Source of the DNA: Cetorhinus maximus | Taxonomy: Eukaryota | Assembly: GCF_964194155.1 (NCBI RefSeq) | Contig: NC_135895.1 | Coordinates: 43,400,001-43,464,000, forward strand | DNA length: 64,000 bases | Direction: 5' to 3' | Shown here: one piece after another, positions 13,601 through 24,889 of the stretch | Position numbering within the stretch: the first letter of the stretch is position 1 | How the letters are laid out: each line of letters opens with the position of its first letter | Made by a program: the position numbers and the translations under genes | Notes under the pieces: model-generated | The model's database searches: none | What the model was told of the DNA's origin: nothing | Seen by the model: the letters and a program-made list of their open reading frames with translations, nothing else

Positions 13601-16600
13601 GGAGATTAAAGTCTTTTGGTGAGGGAGAAGGAAAAAGGATAACGTAGAGTAGGATTGAGATGGGCTCATTACAGCAGAAGTGAGAGTTTATGCTCTCTTG
13701 AGGAGAAGGAGAAGGAAAAGGTGCTAAGAGAATAGAAGGTACGCCAAAATGCGACTTGGTAAGCAGTGAATGTAAAGAAACGTAGAAAAAAACAAATAAT
13801 TAGAATGAAGAAAGTTAATGAGATAAAGCAAATGAAAATTAGACAAGAAGACAGAAACTGAACTGAAGGAAAACTTGGACATCTGATTTTTTTTTTAAAA
13901 TTATGAAAAACCTGTTTCAAACTGTTTCTATTTCTCTAGATCTTAATGTTGGTCATTTAGTGAGCAAACTTAGTTTTCTCATGTTAAATTTGTATCCATG
14001 ATCATGTGATCAACAAAATTGAAATTGTGGAAATAACTTTTTTAGGATTACTTTTTTGATTCGAAAATTCTGACTGATGGGGAGTTGGCACCAAATGATA
14101 GATGTTGTCGTATTTGTGGGAAAATTGGACATTACATGAAAGACTGTCCAAAGAGGAGGCGGTAAGAAACAGCTTGTATTTATTTAGTTCCTTTCATGTC
14201 CTCAGACTATCTCAACTCATTTCACAGCCCATTGATTAGCTTTGAATTGCATAGCAGCAAGATCACACTAACAGAAAATGAGATAAATGAAGATAGCTAG
14301 CAGAAAGAGGCTAAGGGAACACATGAGAGCATGGTGTTGCCTGAATAATGGAAATCGGCAAGGACACTGCTGGTCTTCAGGTAGTACCATAGGATTCCTT
14401 ATGCCAGATAGAGATTAAGATTTCACCAAAACATGTCACCTCTGACATGTGTGTTCCCATAGTACATCAGACTAGATTATACGCTCTAACCCTGGAATGG
14501 AATTTGAACCCACGCTTTTTGACTTGGGTGGGATTTCTACCATTGAGCCAAGTTGACAGTTTGAATTGTTGAAGAAGTTTTCAACCTCTATTATTTGATC
14601 TAAGAAATGCCCTTTTCAATGGACTTCGGATTCCCAATTTTTGTCATATTGAAAAACAAACAGTAGACATGGCTGCACAGCACCTGCAGCATGCTTAGAA
14701 GTTTCTCTTAAAAATGTTATGTTTTTTTTCCACTCTCTGTCTTCCTTGCTTTCTGTCTTTCCTCTCCCCCTTCCCTCTCCCACTCATCTTCCCTGATGAT
14801 GACGAGAACTTAATTTTGATTTTTGGTCATTTAAATAGTTTGAATCAATTAGTTTTGATCTTTTACTGTAACTCCTGCAATACTGGACAAAAAAAATGCT
14901 AGAAACCTGGAAAACCATGCCTTTTGGTGCTTGTTAATATTTGAAATTTTTAAAACTTGTTAATAAAACCAGTCAAAACTGAGACGGGTGGCAACCCTAA
15001 ATTCATCCTTGCTTGCTATTATTTTTAACTTAAAGGATTGCAATATTGACTACATATATATTGTGTTAAGAATGAAGAAGAAAGAAAACGAGAAAGATGA
15101 AGAGAAGGATTCAAAGGAAGAAGAAAAAGAACTAAGAGAGAAACGATGCTTTATCTGTGGTGACACTGGTCATATGAGAAGAGACTGTCCAGAATACAGA
15201 ACAGCCCGACCAAGGAACAACACTGTGTCTGGTAAATAAACTATTTGGTTGGGTGAAAAAGAAGTATTTGTATTTTACCTTATGGTATTTTTGTACGTGC
15301 TCAGATTAGAACTGCTTCTATTCCTTCAAAATCTTCAAGAAAAAGTACTTCTAAGATACAGTTTTCAGTGATGCTGTGCATTGATGCAAAGAACAATAAT
15401 GTAGATTTGTGCCTGCAATTCACCTGTTTGAATGCCCAATCTTAGTAGCACAGTCAAGAAGATGAAAGGTAGTTATTCTTTTTCAAGAGGGACAGAAAAT
15501 TGGAGAGTGAGTCATTCCAGGATGCTTCTGACTTCTATGAAATTCTTTAAAAGGCCAAAGTATATATATATAGTGCCCATAAAGGAGAAGAACCTCAGGT
15601 CGCTTTAGAGAAGATAGACACCAAGCAGTGGGGAACTGTTAGGAGATATGGCCCAAGGTATGACTGAAATAATAGTTTATTAAATGTAGGGGTGATTAGT
15701 GAGGCTGAAGAGTTTAGGAAATTCTGGAACAATATTACACAGGAGTTGATGGCCTCTTTATCTGTCCTTAGGCCAATGATGTCATCGTGATCAATCATTT
15801 GGCATCACCAAAACAGCTAGCATCGTCCCCCCACCACCCCCCTTTAAAAAGCCTATTCTGGATCCCTCTGTCCTCTCCCAACTATGGCCCCATCTCTAAC
15901 AACCTTTGTTACGATCCTGTTGTGACCGATAACTTTTAAAAAGAAATTTGAGCTTCCAGTTAATAGATGAAATAATGACCCATCAAGATTTCACGTTTTA
16001 AAACTTTTACTGTAACAAATGACTAAAGCACAGTTAATTAAACACTATTTTTGAAGGGAACTTATACTTTTGTTAGAAACTGGAGAATTTAAGGAGGTTG
16101 TATTTATGTTTGTGGGTGTTAGGAATAAAGTTTAAATTGTGTTTCTATTTTTGTGTGTTAAGAAAGGGAGATTCTGTGTTTAATTTTCACTTTATAAGAT
16201 GCCTGCATTTTAATGAGGTTTACGACTCTTGAAGGGGAGTTAAAGCAAACAAAAGGTAGAAAAGACTGTGCTGTTGCCTAGCAACAGGGGTCCAGAGAGA
16301 GGCCCCACACAGACACAAAGAAACCAAAAGCAGTTTGAGTTCAGTTGGTCAGTGTACTCTAAGATTGAAAGGAATTGCCAGCAGAAGCAGCATTGGAGAG
16401 GGACGGATAGCAAGTCCTAACTAAAATTGGAAACAGGAGCAAGAAGATGCTGGACAGGAGGGACCTGCAGGAAGCAGGCTTCCCCAAAGAACAGAAGAAG
16501 GGGGAACCCAAGAAGGCCTTCTAGTCAAAGGATGAACAGGAGCCTGGAAAAGGTCCTGTTAAGTGAAGATAAGAGTGAGGAGGAGAGAGGAAGGCTCCAA

Positions 16601-19600
16601 GCTTAAAGGGAGAAAGCTACAGGACACAGACTTAAAGCAAAATAGGCTTGCGAGAAGCCAGAAGATCCAAGGAGACAGCCGAAGGTCAGTAACCCTTTAC
16701 TATGGGCATGTGAAACAATGGTATCCTGTTGCCATGGCTGAGTATCTGAGAGAGAGAGAGTGCGTGGAAGGCAAAACTTGAATGCGCATGGCGATTCAGG
16801 GGAGAGAAACATCGGAAGCAGAGTTCGAAACCCTGGAGGTGGACCCTTGTGGAATGGGTCTGAGAGAAAGCGTCGTTTGGGAGAAGATTCCAAAGCGGGC
16901 TCTTCAAGAGTGGAAATTGGAAACCCCTGTGTGCAGGACACAGACTTATAGCAAAATAGGCTTGTGAGAAGCCAGAAGATCCAAGGAGACAACCAAAGGT
17001 CTGTAACTCTTTACAATGGTATCCTGTTGGCACGGCTGTATATCTGAGAGAGAGTGAGTGTGTGGAAGGCAAAGCTTGAGTGCGCGTGGCAATACAGGAG
17101 AGAAGAACGTCAGAAGAGAGTTCAAAACCCTGGAGGTAGACCCTTGTGGAAGATGTCTGAGAGAAAGCGTCATTTGGGAGAAGATTCCAAAATGGGTTCT
17201 TCGAGAGTGGAGATTGGAAACCCTCATGTGAAAGATGGAGTTCAGTAAGACCAGTTGGCTCACGGTGTGACAGACGTCTGGGGGGAGTTGATGAGAGATC
17301 CATAGCATCTATTTGGGGTGGCATCTGTCACTTGTTCAGGTGTGCCTGACCACAGGTCGCCTGTTGGTCTACCTGTACTGTGTAGTTACTGTGAACATTA
17401 GAGTATAAAATAGCTTTTGTAACTTGTGTTATCCTTACAAATCTGTATATGTCTGTAAAGGTATAGCTGTGGGTGAAGGAGTATTGTAATATAGTTTATC
17501 TTTTGTTGTTTAATGAATGTTTTATTCTTTGCTAACAGTTCACCAGCTGACTCCTGTGACTCTGTTCAGTAGCTGCCCTCCACGTTTCCAAACAAAAAAA
17601 TAAGTTACGGTCTATCAAACCAGGAGCAAAAACAAATAATGCTGGAAAAACTCAGCAGGTCTGACAGCATCTGTGGAGAGAAAGACAGAGTTAACGTTTC
17701 CAGTCTGTATGACTCTCCTTCAGAGCTCTTCATTTTTGTTTTTGTTTCTGTTTCAGATTTCCAGCATCCACAATATCTTGCCTTTACCTATCAAACCAGG
17801 TTCTGACTTGTCCAGTAGCAACATCAGCTGGGAGCATTACACTTTAAACAGCAGAAAGGAATACCCTTCCTTTCTTATTTTTAGCTCAACTGAAAAAAAA
17901 CTCTTCACAGGTGTATTCACACTGTCCTTTACATAGACATTCAATTTTCCCAGAATCAATCCAAAGTGATTCTTAGCTCCCGAGGGTGTATTTGTTTTAC
18001 CATAACAATCTTGTAAACCTCATAATTTTAACACCCTTCATATCTAAAGATTCTTAAATGTATTATCATCATCCAACTTAGTGCCATTTCTCCCGTTACT
18101 TCCTGTTTGAATCTCTTCAGTCCTTCTTTTACACAGCCCATGTCATGGAGACTGCCTTAGTGAATGTTAACAATTAAACAGTGAACTTTATTTCTTCTTG
18201 ACTTCTCTATGGTCTTTGACCTCACTTGCCACTTTATTCTTCTCCTGAGTGCTTCCATTGCTACTTTTACAGTGCAGGAATTGAACTTCCTGGTTTTTAT
18301 GTAGCATGACATGTGATATGCTTTCCTACTAAATCATCAAGGGAGAGACAGGTTTCAGTTCTATTAGTCCTTTAACAACAATACTAGAAATTAATATCCA
18401 TATTGATGGGGGAGGGGGATAACAGTGCATAGAGAAATTAAGTGACTGAAGAAACTAAGTATAAATAGGTACATACACTGCATATACTAAAATATTCCAG
18501 GGTGGGTTGATGCACTCTTTTGGAGCTTGAGATTTTTGTGCAATAGAGTGGTGCAGCATTGATTGAATTGCTGTTCCGTGCGTGGTAAATTCCCAATCTC
18601 AATGTGACAGCATGTGAACTGGCAAGAAGCCAGGCATTTCCTAGCAGTGAAAAAGATAAATCTGAAGGCTCAATTATCCTGAGCAGTGTTAATATGATCT
18701 TTTGTTGCTAGTCTATTAGTGCATGGTTCAAATCCATTCCTTTTTCAGGTAAGGTTCTGTAGTCTGACAAGATGGTGTAGGAAGGCAAGACTTAAGTGGA
18801 AAATAAAGAAGTAATTAGAAAAGGAAAGAAGGGTTAAGTAATTAAAACTGCAAGAATTCAGGAGTAACAGTATTATTCAATATTAAATAATCATTTGTAA
18901 CTGTCATGTTTGGTATCGGACAGAGATTTTATTTTTTGTCTTAAAGTTCCTCAGGCTACACGAAATATCGCGAATATACAGACAGTCACAACTTCCCAGC
19001 CATCAGCATCACATTCAGGGCATCATCAGGATTTCCCACAATGTACCAGGCAACCCTCGGAATGTGTGAGTTATTTGTTTCTGGTTCTTTCATAAAGTAC
19101 TACAGTTGCACAGGGTTTTCTCCTGCATAGAAGACTCTACATTGAAATTGCCATTTGTAGCTTTGCGCTCAAAAACATTTTTTTAGAGCTTGATACCCCG
19201 GGGCAAACCCCTGATTGTAACTGAGATTATCAATATTACATGGTAATGAATAGTATCACAGATATGTGGGAATCTCTGTACTTACAGCTAAACAGTTGTA
19301 GTGACATATTTGTATTTGAAAATGGTATATCAGATAAATCCTTTTAGAACAATTATCACTTTCCCCATCCTTCCCACACACAATATTTTTGTAAGTTATT
19401 TCCTCCCCTCTTAAAACATGGTTTAGTGAAAGAATGTTAGAAACTGGAAATCCATTAACTGCAGCAATAGTCTGTCTCATTGCTTTTTTGTTTCTAATTT
19501 TCAGTCAGAACCACATCAGACGCCTTCTTATTCTCCTCAAACTGCACATCAGCAATTAACACCAAATTCATCTCAAACAGCTTCTGTTTCCCATCCACAG

Positions 19601-22445
19601 ACCCAACAAGCTGCTTCTCAAAATAAGCTAGCACAGACACTTGCTCAACCAACCCATCAGGTTCAATTGCCCTTGTTTCCATATCCTCAGCCTCACCCAG
19701 GTCAGTATTCCAATCTACACAGCCTGGGTTTAATACAGTCACACCAACCACAGCACCAGGTACAAATGCCCACTAACTCTTGGCCTGCTGTCCTTCACTC
19801 TGCATCTGGTAACCATCCCAACATTACTTTCCCAATGCGGTCTAGTAGCAACACAGCTAATCCCAACAGTATGAATCTCAATGATCCTAGTATCATCTTT
19901 GCTCAGCCTGCTGCCAGGCCCATGGGTATCTCCAACACTCCTCACGATGGACAGTGGCACAATCACATGACTCGCAGCACACTAGTGGGAAATGGCACTC
20001 TGGGAACTTCAGGTATATTTATTTTTCTCATTATATTAATATGTAGCTACTATTCTTCTAATATGCACTGTAATGGACATGCTTAAGTGTAGCTTTATAG
20101 TTCTTTCAACAATTTTATAATACATATGATTATGTTTTTTTATGTCAGACGTTATCGAGCAAAAATGCATTTCCTTTATGGATAGATGACAAATAACAAA
20201 TAATGAGGGGCAAGATTATCAAATGAAATAATAAATGAGCTCAAAGATGTAGCTTGTGATGTAGCACTTCCTCAATGGTAAACTCCAGAAGATGTCCAAC
20301 CTGTGCTGAATTGGCTGATTTTGGTTGGGACAGTTATTAGGTGCTACAGTTATTCTTGGAAGCTGGCTGGCTCTTTGCCCTTTCCATGCCAGACCACTGA
20401 TTGGTATACATATTGATGTCAGGTGAAGATGGGATTGATTCAATGTTTTGTTGATGCTGTCTACCTGACATGTGAAGAATGGGAACTGTAAGGTTACCGG
20501 CACTTGCAGAATCATGCACTAGCAAGAGTTAATGCCTCAAAAGAGAAGGGAAGCAAATTAATTAATCATGCTTTTGGGAGAAGTTGTGGTTTCATCTCAT
20601 ATGGAAATTCTAGAGAACCAGAAAAGCAGCAAAATACTTCCTGCATAATTGAATATCTTGGCAATATTTTGCAACTCAGATTATAAAATTACAGTATAAA
20701 TTACACACAAGTCCTATAGTTTGTCACCATCAGTACTCATTTCATAAAAATTAGACCAGTGAAAAAAATGACTTCAAGCCCTTTGTGTTTATTTTTTAAA
20801 AATATTTTATGTTTAAGGGATCCCAACAGTAAAACTTATTGTGACAATTATTACTACTACTGCAAAAATAGCACGAACAGAAACAAAAAGAGACTGATAA
20901 AGGATTCTGGGCTATTTTTAGAGGGTAATTTAGCCTATAATTTGCTTCTTCTCATTCCCCTCTCTTTTCCACCTTAAATAACAATGTTTTTTTTTATATT
21001 AGCTCATTATCACTGATAGCATTAAATTCTCAGTAAACCCTCTGCAGTGTGTTTTGCTCTAATATCTATTTCGTATTGTATTAATATTTTGCTCATACTT
21101 CTGACAGAATGTTGTTTTTAACTATGTTGGTGAAGTAAAGTAAGTACATCTTGCAACAAAATGTTTAAACAAGCTACCCTGCTACAAGGTTAAATATGTT
21201 ATTACAGAGGAAATAATACTAAGGAAGAATTACATGCCACCCAGTTTGCAAAGGGGACAAAAGAATGCACTTTATAGGCTTCTTAATGTTAATTTTAAGC
21301 AATCATGTCTTACAACAAACATTTGACTTTTTTTCCTCCATGGAAACATAGATCAAAGGTTTCAGGGACAATTTGCAAAACTAAATCCTCCACCCATACC
21401 TTGGGAGCATCATCCTCTTCCTCATTTTCAAGCACCGTGGCCTTACAGAATGCCTCAGAACTTCATTCAGCAGGGAAATACGAACTATCCTCAGCAGAAC
21501 AAATCCTACTATTCTCAAGGTACCAATAACAGCAAGCCATTCTGATTAGGTTTAACTATTGCAAAGTGATATGGCAGGTAAATATAGGAGTATTACTTCT
21601 CACTTTATATGTATTCCCTAGATATTGTTGTAAATGGTTTGAGAAAAGAAAGTATACCCTACATTTAGTGGCCTTTATGTACATTCCACCCAAATAATGA
21701 TGGACCTTGGGAAGCCAGGAATTTTTCATGTTAACTCACAAGTATCAGTTCTGTGGTCCAAGATTTTATGAATTGTAGAAATTGTACCTACAACTAAATG
21801 GATGATAATCCCTAAGTGCATTGGTTCTGTTCTCCTTCTCTCATCCAATCGATCAAGCCTTTCTGTGATATAGTGCAGAATACTGCAAATGTACTGGTAA
21901 ATTGTGATGTGGAAGCTCAATAAAAACAAGATCAACACCGAGCAGAATCAAGAGGACAGGGAATGGGAGGATCAAACCCCACGAAATCTGTAGTATTTTA
22001 TAGATTGAGTGAACTAGGTCTTGCTGCTGGTTCATTTGGCAAAAGCAGCATGTAACTGAGCCACACAGACCAGTAAGCGAAGATGGCACCTAACTTTACA
22101 ACCAGCAAACTGAATTTCTCATCCAAATAATGGTGAGTTCCAGAAAACTTCTTTCAAATATGCAAAGCAACTTGCCTGCATCTGCAACAATTGACTTTTG
22201 TCCCATTCACACTTGTGCAAAGATTTTTTGAACATACTATTCCAATTGAAGTTTCAATTTTTCAACTTGATGGAAACAACATGAATGCAATATTTACATT
22301 CTCATAATGTAGATCTGAAATTGATGTATCTGTAAAACCTGTAAATGTTTCTATTTTGACAGGTCCTACGATCCACAGTAACCAGCATTTTCCAATCATG
22401 CCGCAAGGGAGAATACGGATGAACTACATTCAACAAAAGAAGTGA
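7675..22445 (+). CDS. TUT4: Terminal uridylyltransferase 4 (ZCCHC11), last 10 coding exons; 5' part lies upstream of the window
   Basis: GT-AG exons with consistent phase: 7675-7752, 8747-8924, 11000-11047, 11139-11221, 14046-14161, 15071-15231, 18947-19065, 19505-20012, 21352-21519, 22363-22445 (TGA). Encodes IFDGKEVPQRMVDGWNAFFF, ESVGELWLGLLRFYTEEFDF, IAIEDPFDLNHNLGAGVSRK (PAP-associated domain with the UTP-recognising His), CCHC knuckles CRICGKIGHYMKDC and CFICGDTGHMRRDC, and the TUT4-type Q/P-rich tail (LNDPSIIFAQPAARP, PIPWEH). Confidence 0.96.
9940..10350 (+). mobile_element. L2-like LINE 3' end
   Basis: ggcagagccttcagctg...ctctggaattccctccctaaac...tttaag..ctcctaaaa.cctatctctttgac...ttttactatgttaa motifs, shared with the copies at 12310-13600, 31130-31637 and 52510-53800. 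Confidence 0.65.
11410..11790 (+). mobile_element. CR1 3' fragment
   Basis: Translates MKGFDRVDIEKMFTLVGESKTRGHKYKI, the CR1 ORF2 C-terminus, followed by the 3' UTR hairpin motif. Confidence 0.75.
12310..13600 (-). mobile_element. Degraded L2 LINE
   Basis: Minus-strand ORF remnant MYWLPV..KILIHVHKSLH..GGQAFS..LWNTL is typical of the L2 ORF2 C-terminus. Confidence 0.65.
14170..14555 (-). mobile_element. Deu-domain SINE (SacSINE1/AmnSINE-like), degraded
   Basis: Reverse complement has a tRNA-like head (tggctcaatggtag...gggttcaaattcc) and matches the SINE copies at 28275, 43370, 60380 and 61590. Confidence 0.55.
16071..17841 (+). mobile_element. Solo LTR with 4-bp TSD CTTT
   Basis: cttt|TGTTAG...CATTACA|cttt. 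Internal ~314-bp tandem duplication (16620-16933 and 16934-17230). X-box-like palindrome GTTGCCTAGCAAC at 16273-16285. Confidence 0.75.
17625..17787. mobile_element. Penelope-like terminal-repeat insertion with 13-bp TSD
   Basis: CTATCAAACCAGG duplicated at 17612-17624 and 17788-17800. Body gctggaaaaactcagcaggtctgacagcatctgtggagag..gttaacgtttc is shared with the 26200 and 54783 copies. Confidence 0.75.
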
Positions 22446-22860
22446 CTTAAAAAGAATTCCACACCATGATACACAGTTACCGAACCCTACTCACTTGGGA
22501 AAGGGGAGCAGGAAATTATTTTAAGACTGTTTTTAAACTGTATGATTTGTACATAGACCAAACCTGATTGTAATTTTTACTAGTTTTTTTGTTGTGATGC
22601 ATCACAATGTGACTTATGATACAGATCACATCTATTTTAATGCCTCCCATTTTTGAAGGTGGGGCAAAATCATTTTTTGTTTGAAGCTGATGGAACTGTA
22701 AAAAAAAAGCTTTTAAAAAAACTGGATTTATTTTCTCTTTGTTGTATTCATACTTTGGCTGCCTCAGACTTTGTATATGGTTCTTAAAAAAAGAAAATAT
22801 GGTTTAAAGATGGTCAGCTGCATTCAGAGCAAAAGTATATAGTGCCAAATGCCTTTTAAA

Positions 22861-22866
22861 AATAAA
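22861..22866 (+). terminator. Likely TUT4 polyadenylation signal
   Basis: AATAAA ~415 nt after the stop codon, followed by T-rich sequence. Confidence 0.6.
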
Positions 22867-23094
22867 CTGTAGCTTTTTAAAAAATGGTATTTTTCTATAA
22901 TTATTTCCTCTCTGGACTGCCAAAGTTTAGTGCATGCAACATCTAATAGGATCAATTTAATTCATTCTGTATTTCATTTGTCAACAGCAAGAAACATTAT
23001 GAACATTTGGAACTCTTCCACAAACAGCAGCTGATACTAGGTCAGTTGTTCATTTTAATCTGAAATTAGCAGAATTTCATTAACTAACATTTTT

Positions 23095-23465
23095 TAAAAA
23101 TTAATTCACGGGATGTGGGCTTTGCTGGCTGGGCCAGCATTTATTGCCCACCCCTAGTTGCCCTTGAAAAGGTGGTGGTGAGCTGCCTTCTTGAGCTGCT
23201 GCAGTCCATGTGGTGTAGGTACGCCCACAGGGCTGTTAGGAAGGGAGTTCCAGGATTTTGACCCAGTGACAGTGAAGGAACAGCAATATATTTCTAAGTC
23301 AGGATGGTGAGTGACTTGGAGGGGAACTTCCAGGTGGTAGTGTTCCCATCTATCTGCTGCCCTTGACCTTCTAGATGATAGTGGTTGTGGGCTTGGAAGG
23401 TGCTGTCTAAGGAGCCTTGGTGAATTCCTGCAGTTCATCTTGTAGATGGTACACACTGCTGCTAT
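23095..23465 (-). mobile_element. LINE 3' fragment (same family as 39540-42800 and 57200-60180)
   Basis: Minus-strand ORF ..TVTGSKSWNSLPNSPVGVPTPHGLQQLKKAAHHHLFKGN* and the tail gggcaataaatgctggccc..gcccacatcccg. Confidence 0.7.
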
Positions 23466-24889
23466 TAAGGGATTTGGGTAAAGGCGAGTATATGGAGTTA
23501 GGTCATAGATCAGCTGTGATCTCACTGAATGGCAGAACATGCTCTGTGGGGGGAGATGGGGGAGTGAAATGGCTTACTCCTGTTCCTTTGTTCCTCAACT
23601 AGTGAATTGACTATTACGTTGGGCTTAAGAAATACGCTACAGTGAAGCCTGTAAATTACAGACACCATAGGGACATCATAGGCATCAGCTATCTTTTTTA
23701 ACAGGTGATCTTATTTTAAAAATGGTATGAACTGTAAAAAAGAAAATCAGTAGAATGAGAGTTCTTTACCCAGCATCCATTGCAGCAAAGAAAACATTTT
23801 GTTGCTGGGATAGAGTTACCCAAGCTTTCAATCCCAGAGATAGACCAGTTTCTTTGGTGTAATGTATGCTGGATAAAGAGCTCCCCATTACACCAAAACT
23901 GTCACCTTGCACTGACTGGCATATCCTGACCTTGTGAGTATTTGGTTACAGAAAGGAAGCATGCTGCAAAGAGAAGTGCCTGGGAACCCAACTCAGTGAA
24001 AGATCTGTATACAGCAGCTTTGCAGCAGGCGGTGTCCTGTGTTTTTAAGTTGTAATAGGACTGAGTGTACTCATTTTTTGAGAATGTCCATTTACATTTT
24101 GCTGCAAAAAACAAACGTCCAGCTCTGTCTCCCAATTTTATCCCACCGCTCCTGAAACTCGCTCTTTGGATCCTTCAAGTGTGGCCCCTGCCTTCCTGAC
24201 AGCACCAAAACAGCCCTAATCAGTCACAAATGATCTTCCTTTATGATTGTGACCATTGTGCATTATTCCCCCCAAAGCCCTTCAGCAGTGTTCAACACTT
24301 AACCGTGCTATGCTCTTGAAGTGTCTTTCTTTCATTATCCAGATTTTGGATTGACCTCAACTGCTATCCATATAAATATAGCCAGTGCATCTTCATTGGT
24401 TTCTCTCCTTTGCAGCTTAACCTGCTGAATCCCACAAGAATCTATTTTACTCCTTCCTTTTTTTCATTTATATTCTGTCCCTAAGTGATATTGTTAGCAA
24501 CTTACACACTGATGACAACTAGCTCTACCTCACCACAACCTCCTTTGACGCCCCCCCACCCCCCTGCTTTGCTGTCAAACTGCTTATTTGAAATATAGTT
24601 TTTGGATGAGTCTTAATCTATTCCTGTTAAACATCAGAAAGACCAAAGCTGTCATCTTCAACGACCACCATGAATTTCACTACCATGTCAATGACTGCAG
24701 CCCCCTCTTTGACCAGTGTCTCAGGTTGAAGCAGACCGAAACTCCAGCAGCCTACCAAACACTGAGCTTTGTTTTCAACTTCACATCCTCTTGATCACAA
24801 TAACTACTTCCAGTTCCATAACTACTTGCTTTCTACCCTAACCCCCTGACAATCCACCTCTGAAATCTGCATATTCACCTTTATCACCT

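Larger units (their letters stand above)
15907..18033. mobile_element. LTR-like element (TGTTA...TAACA) interrupting an L2 remnant and itself interrupted by a solo LTR
   Basis: TG..CA ends. The flanks rejoin as an L2 motif (actatggccccatctctaac..ccttcatatctaaagattctt). Confidence 0.45.

Noticed and set aside
16563-17324. ORFs up to 212 aa with internal repetition
   Set aside because: They lie in the duplicated segment of a solo LTR and show no gag/pol/env motifs.
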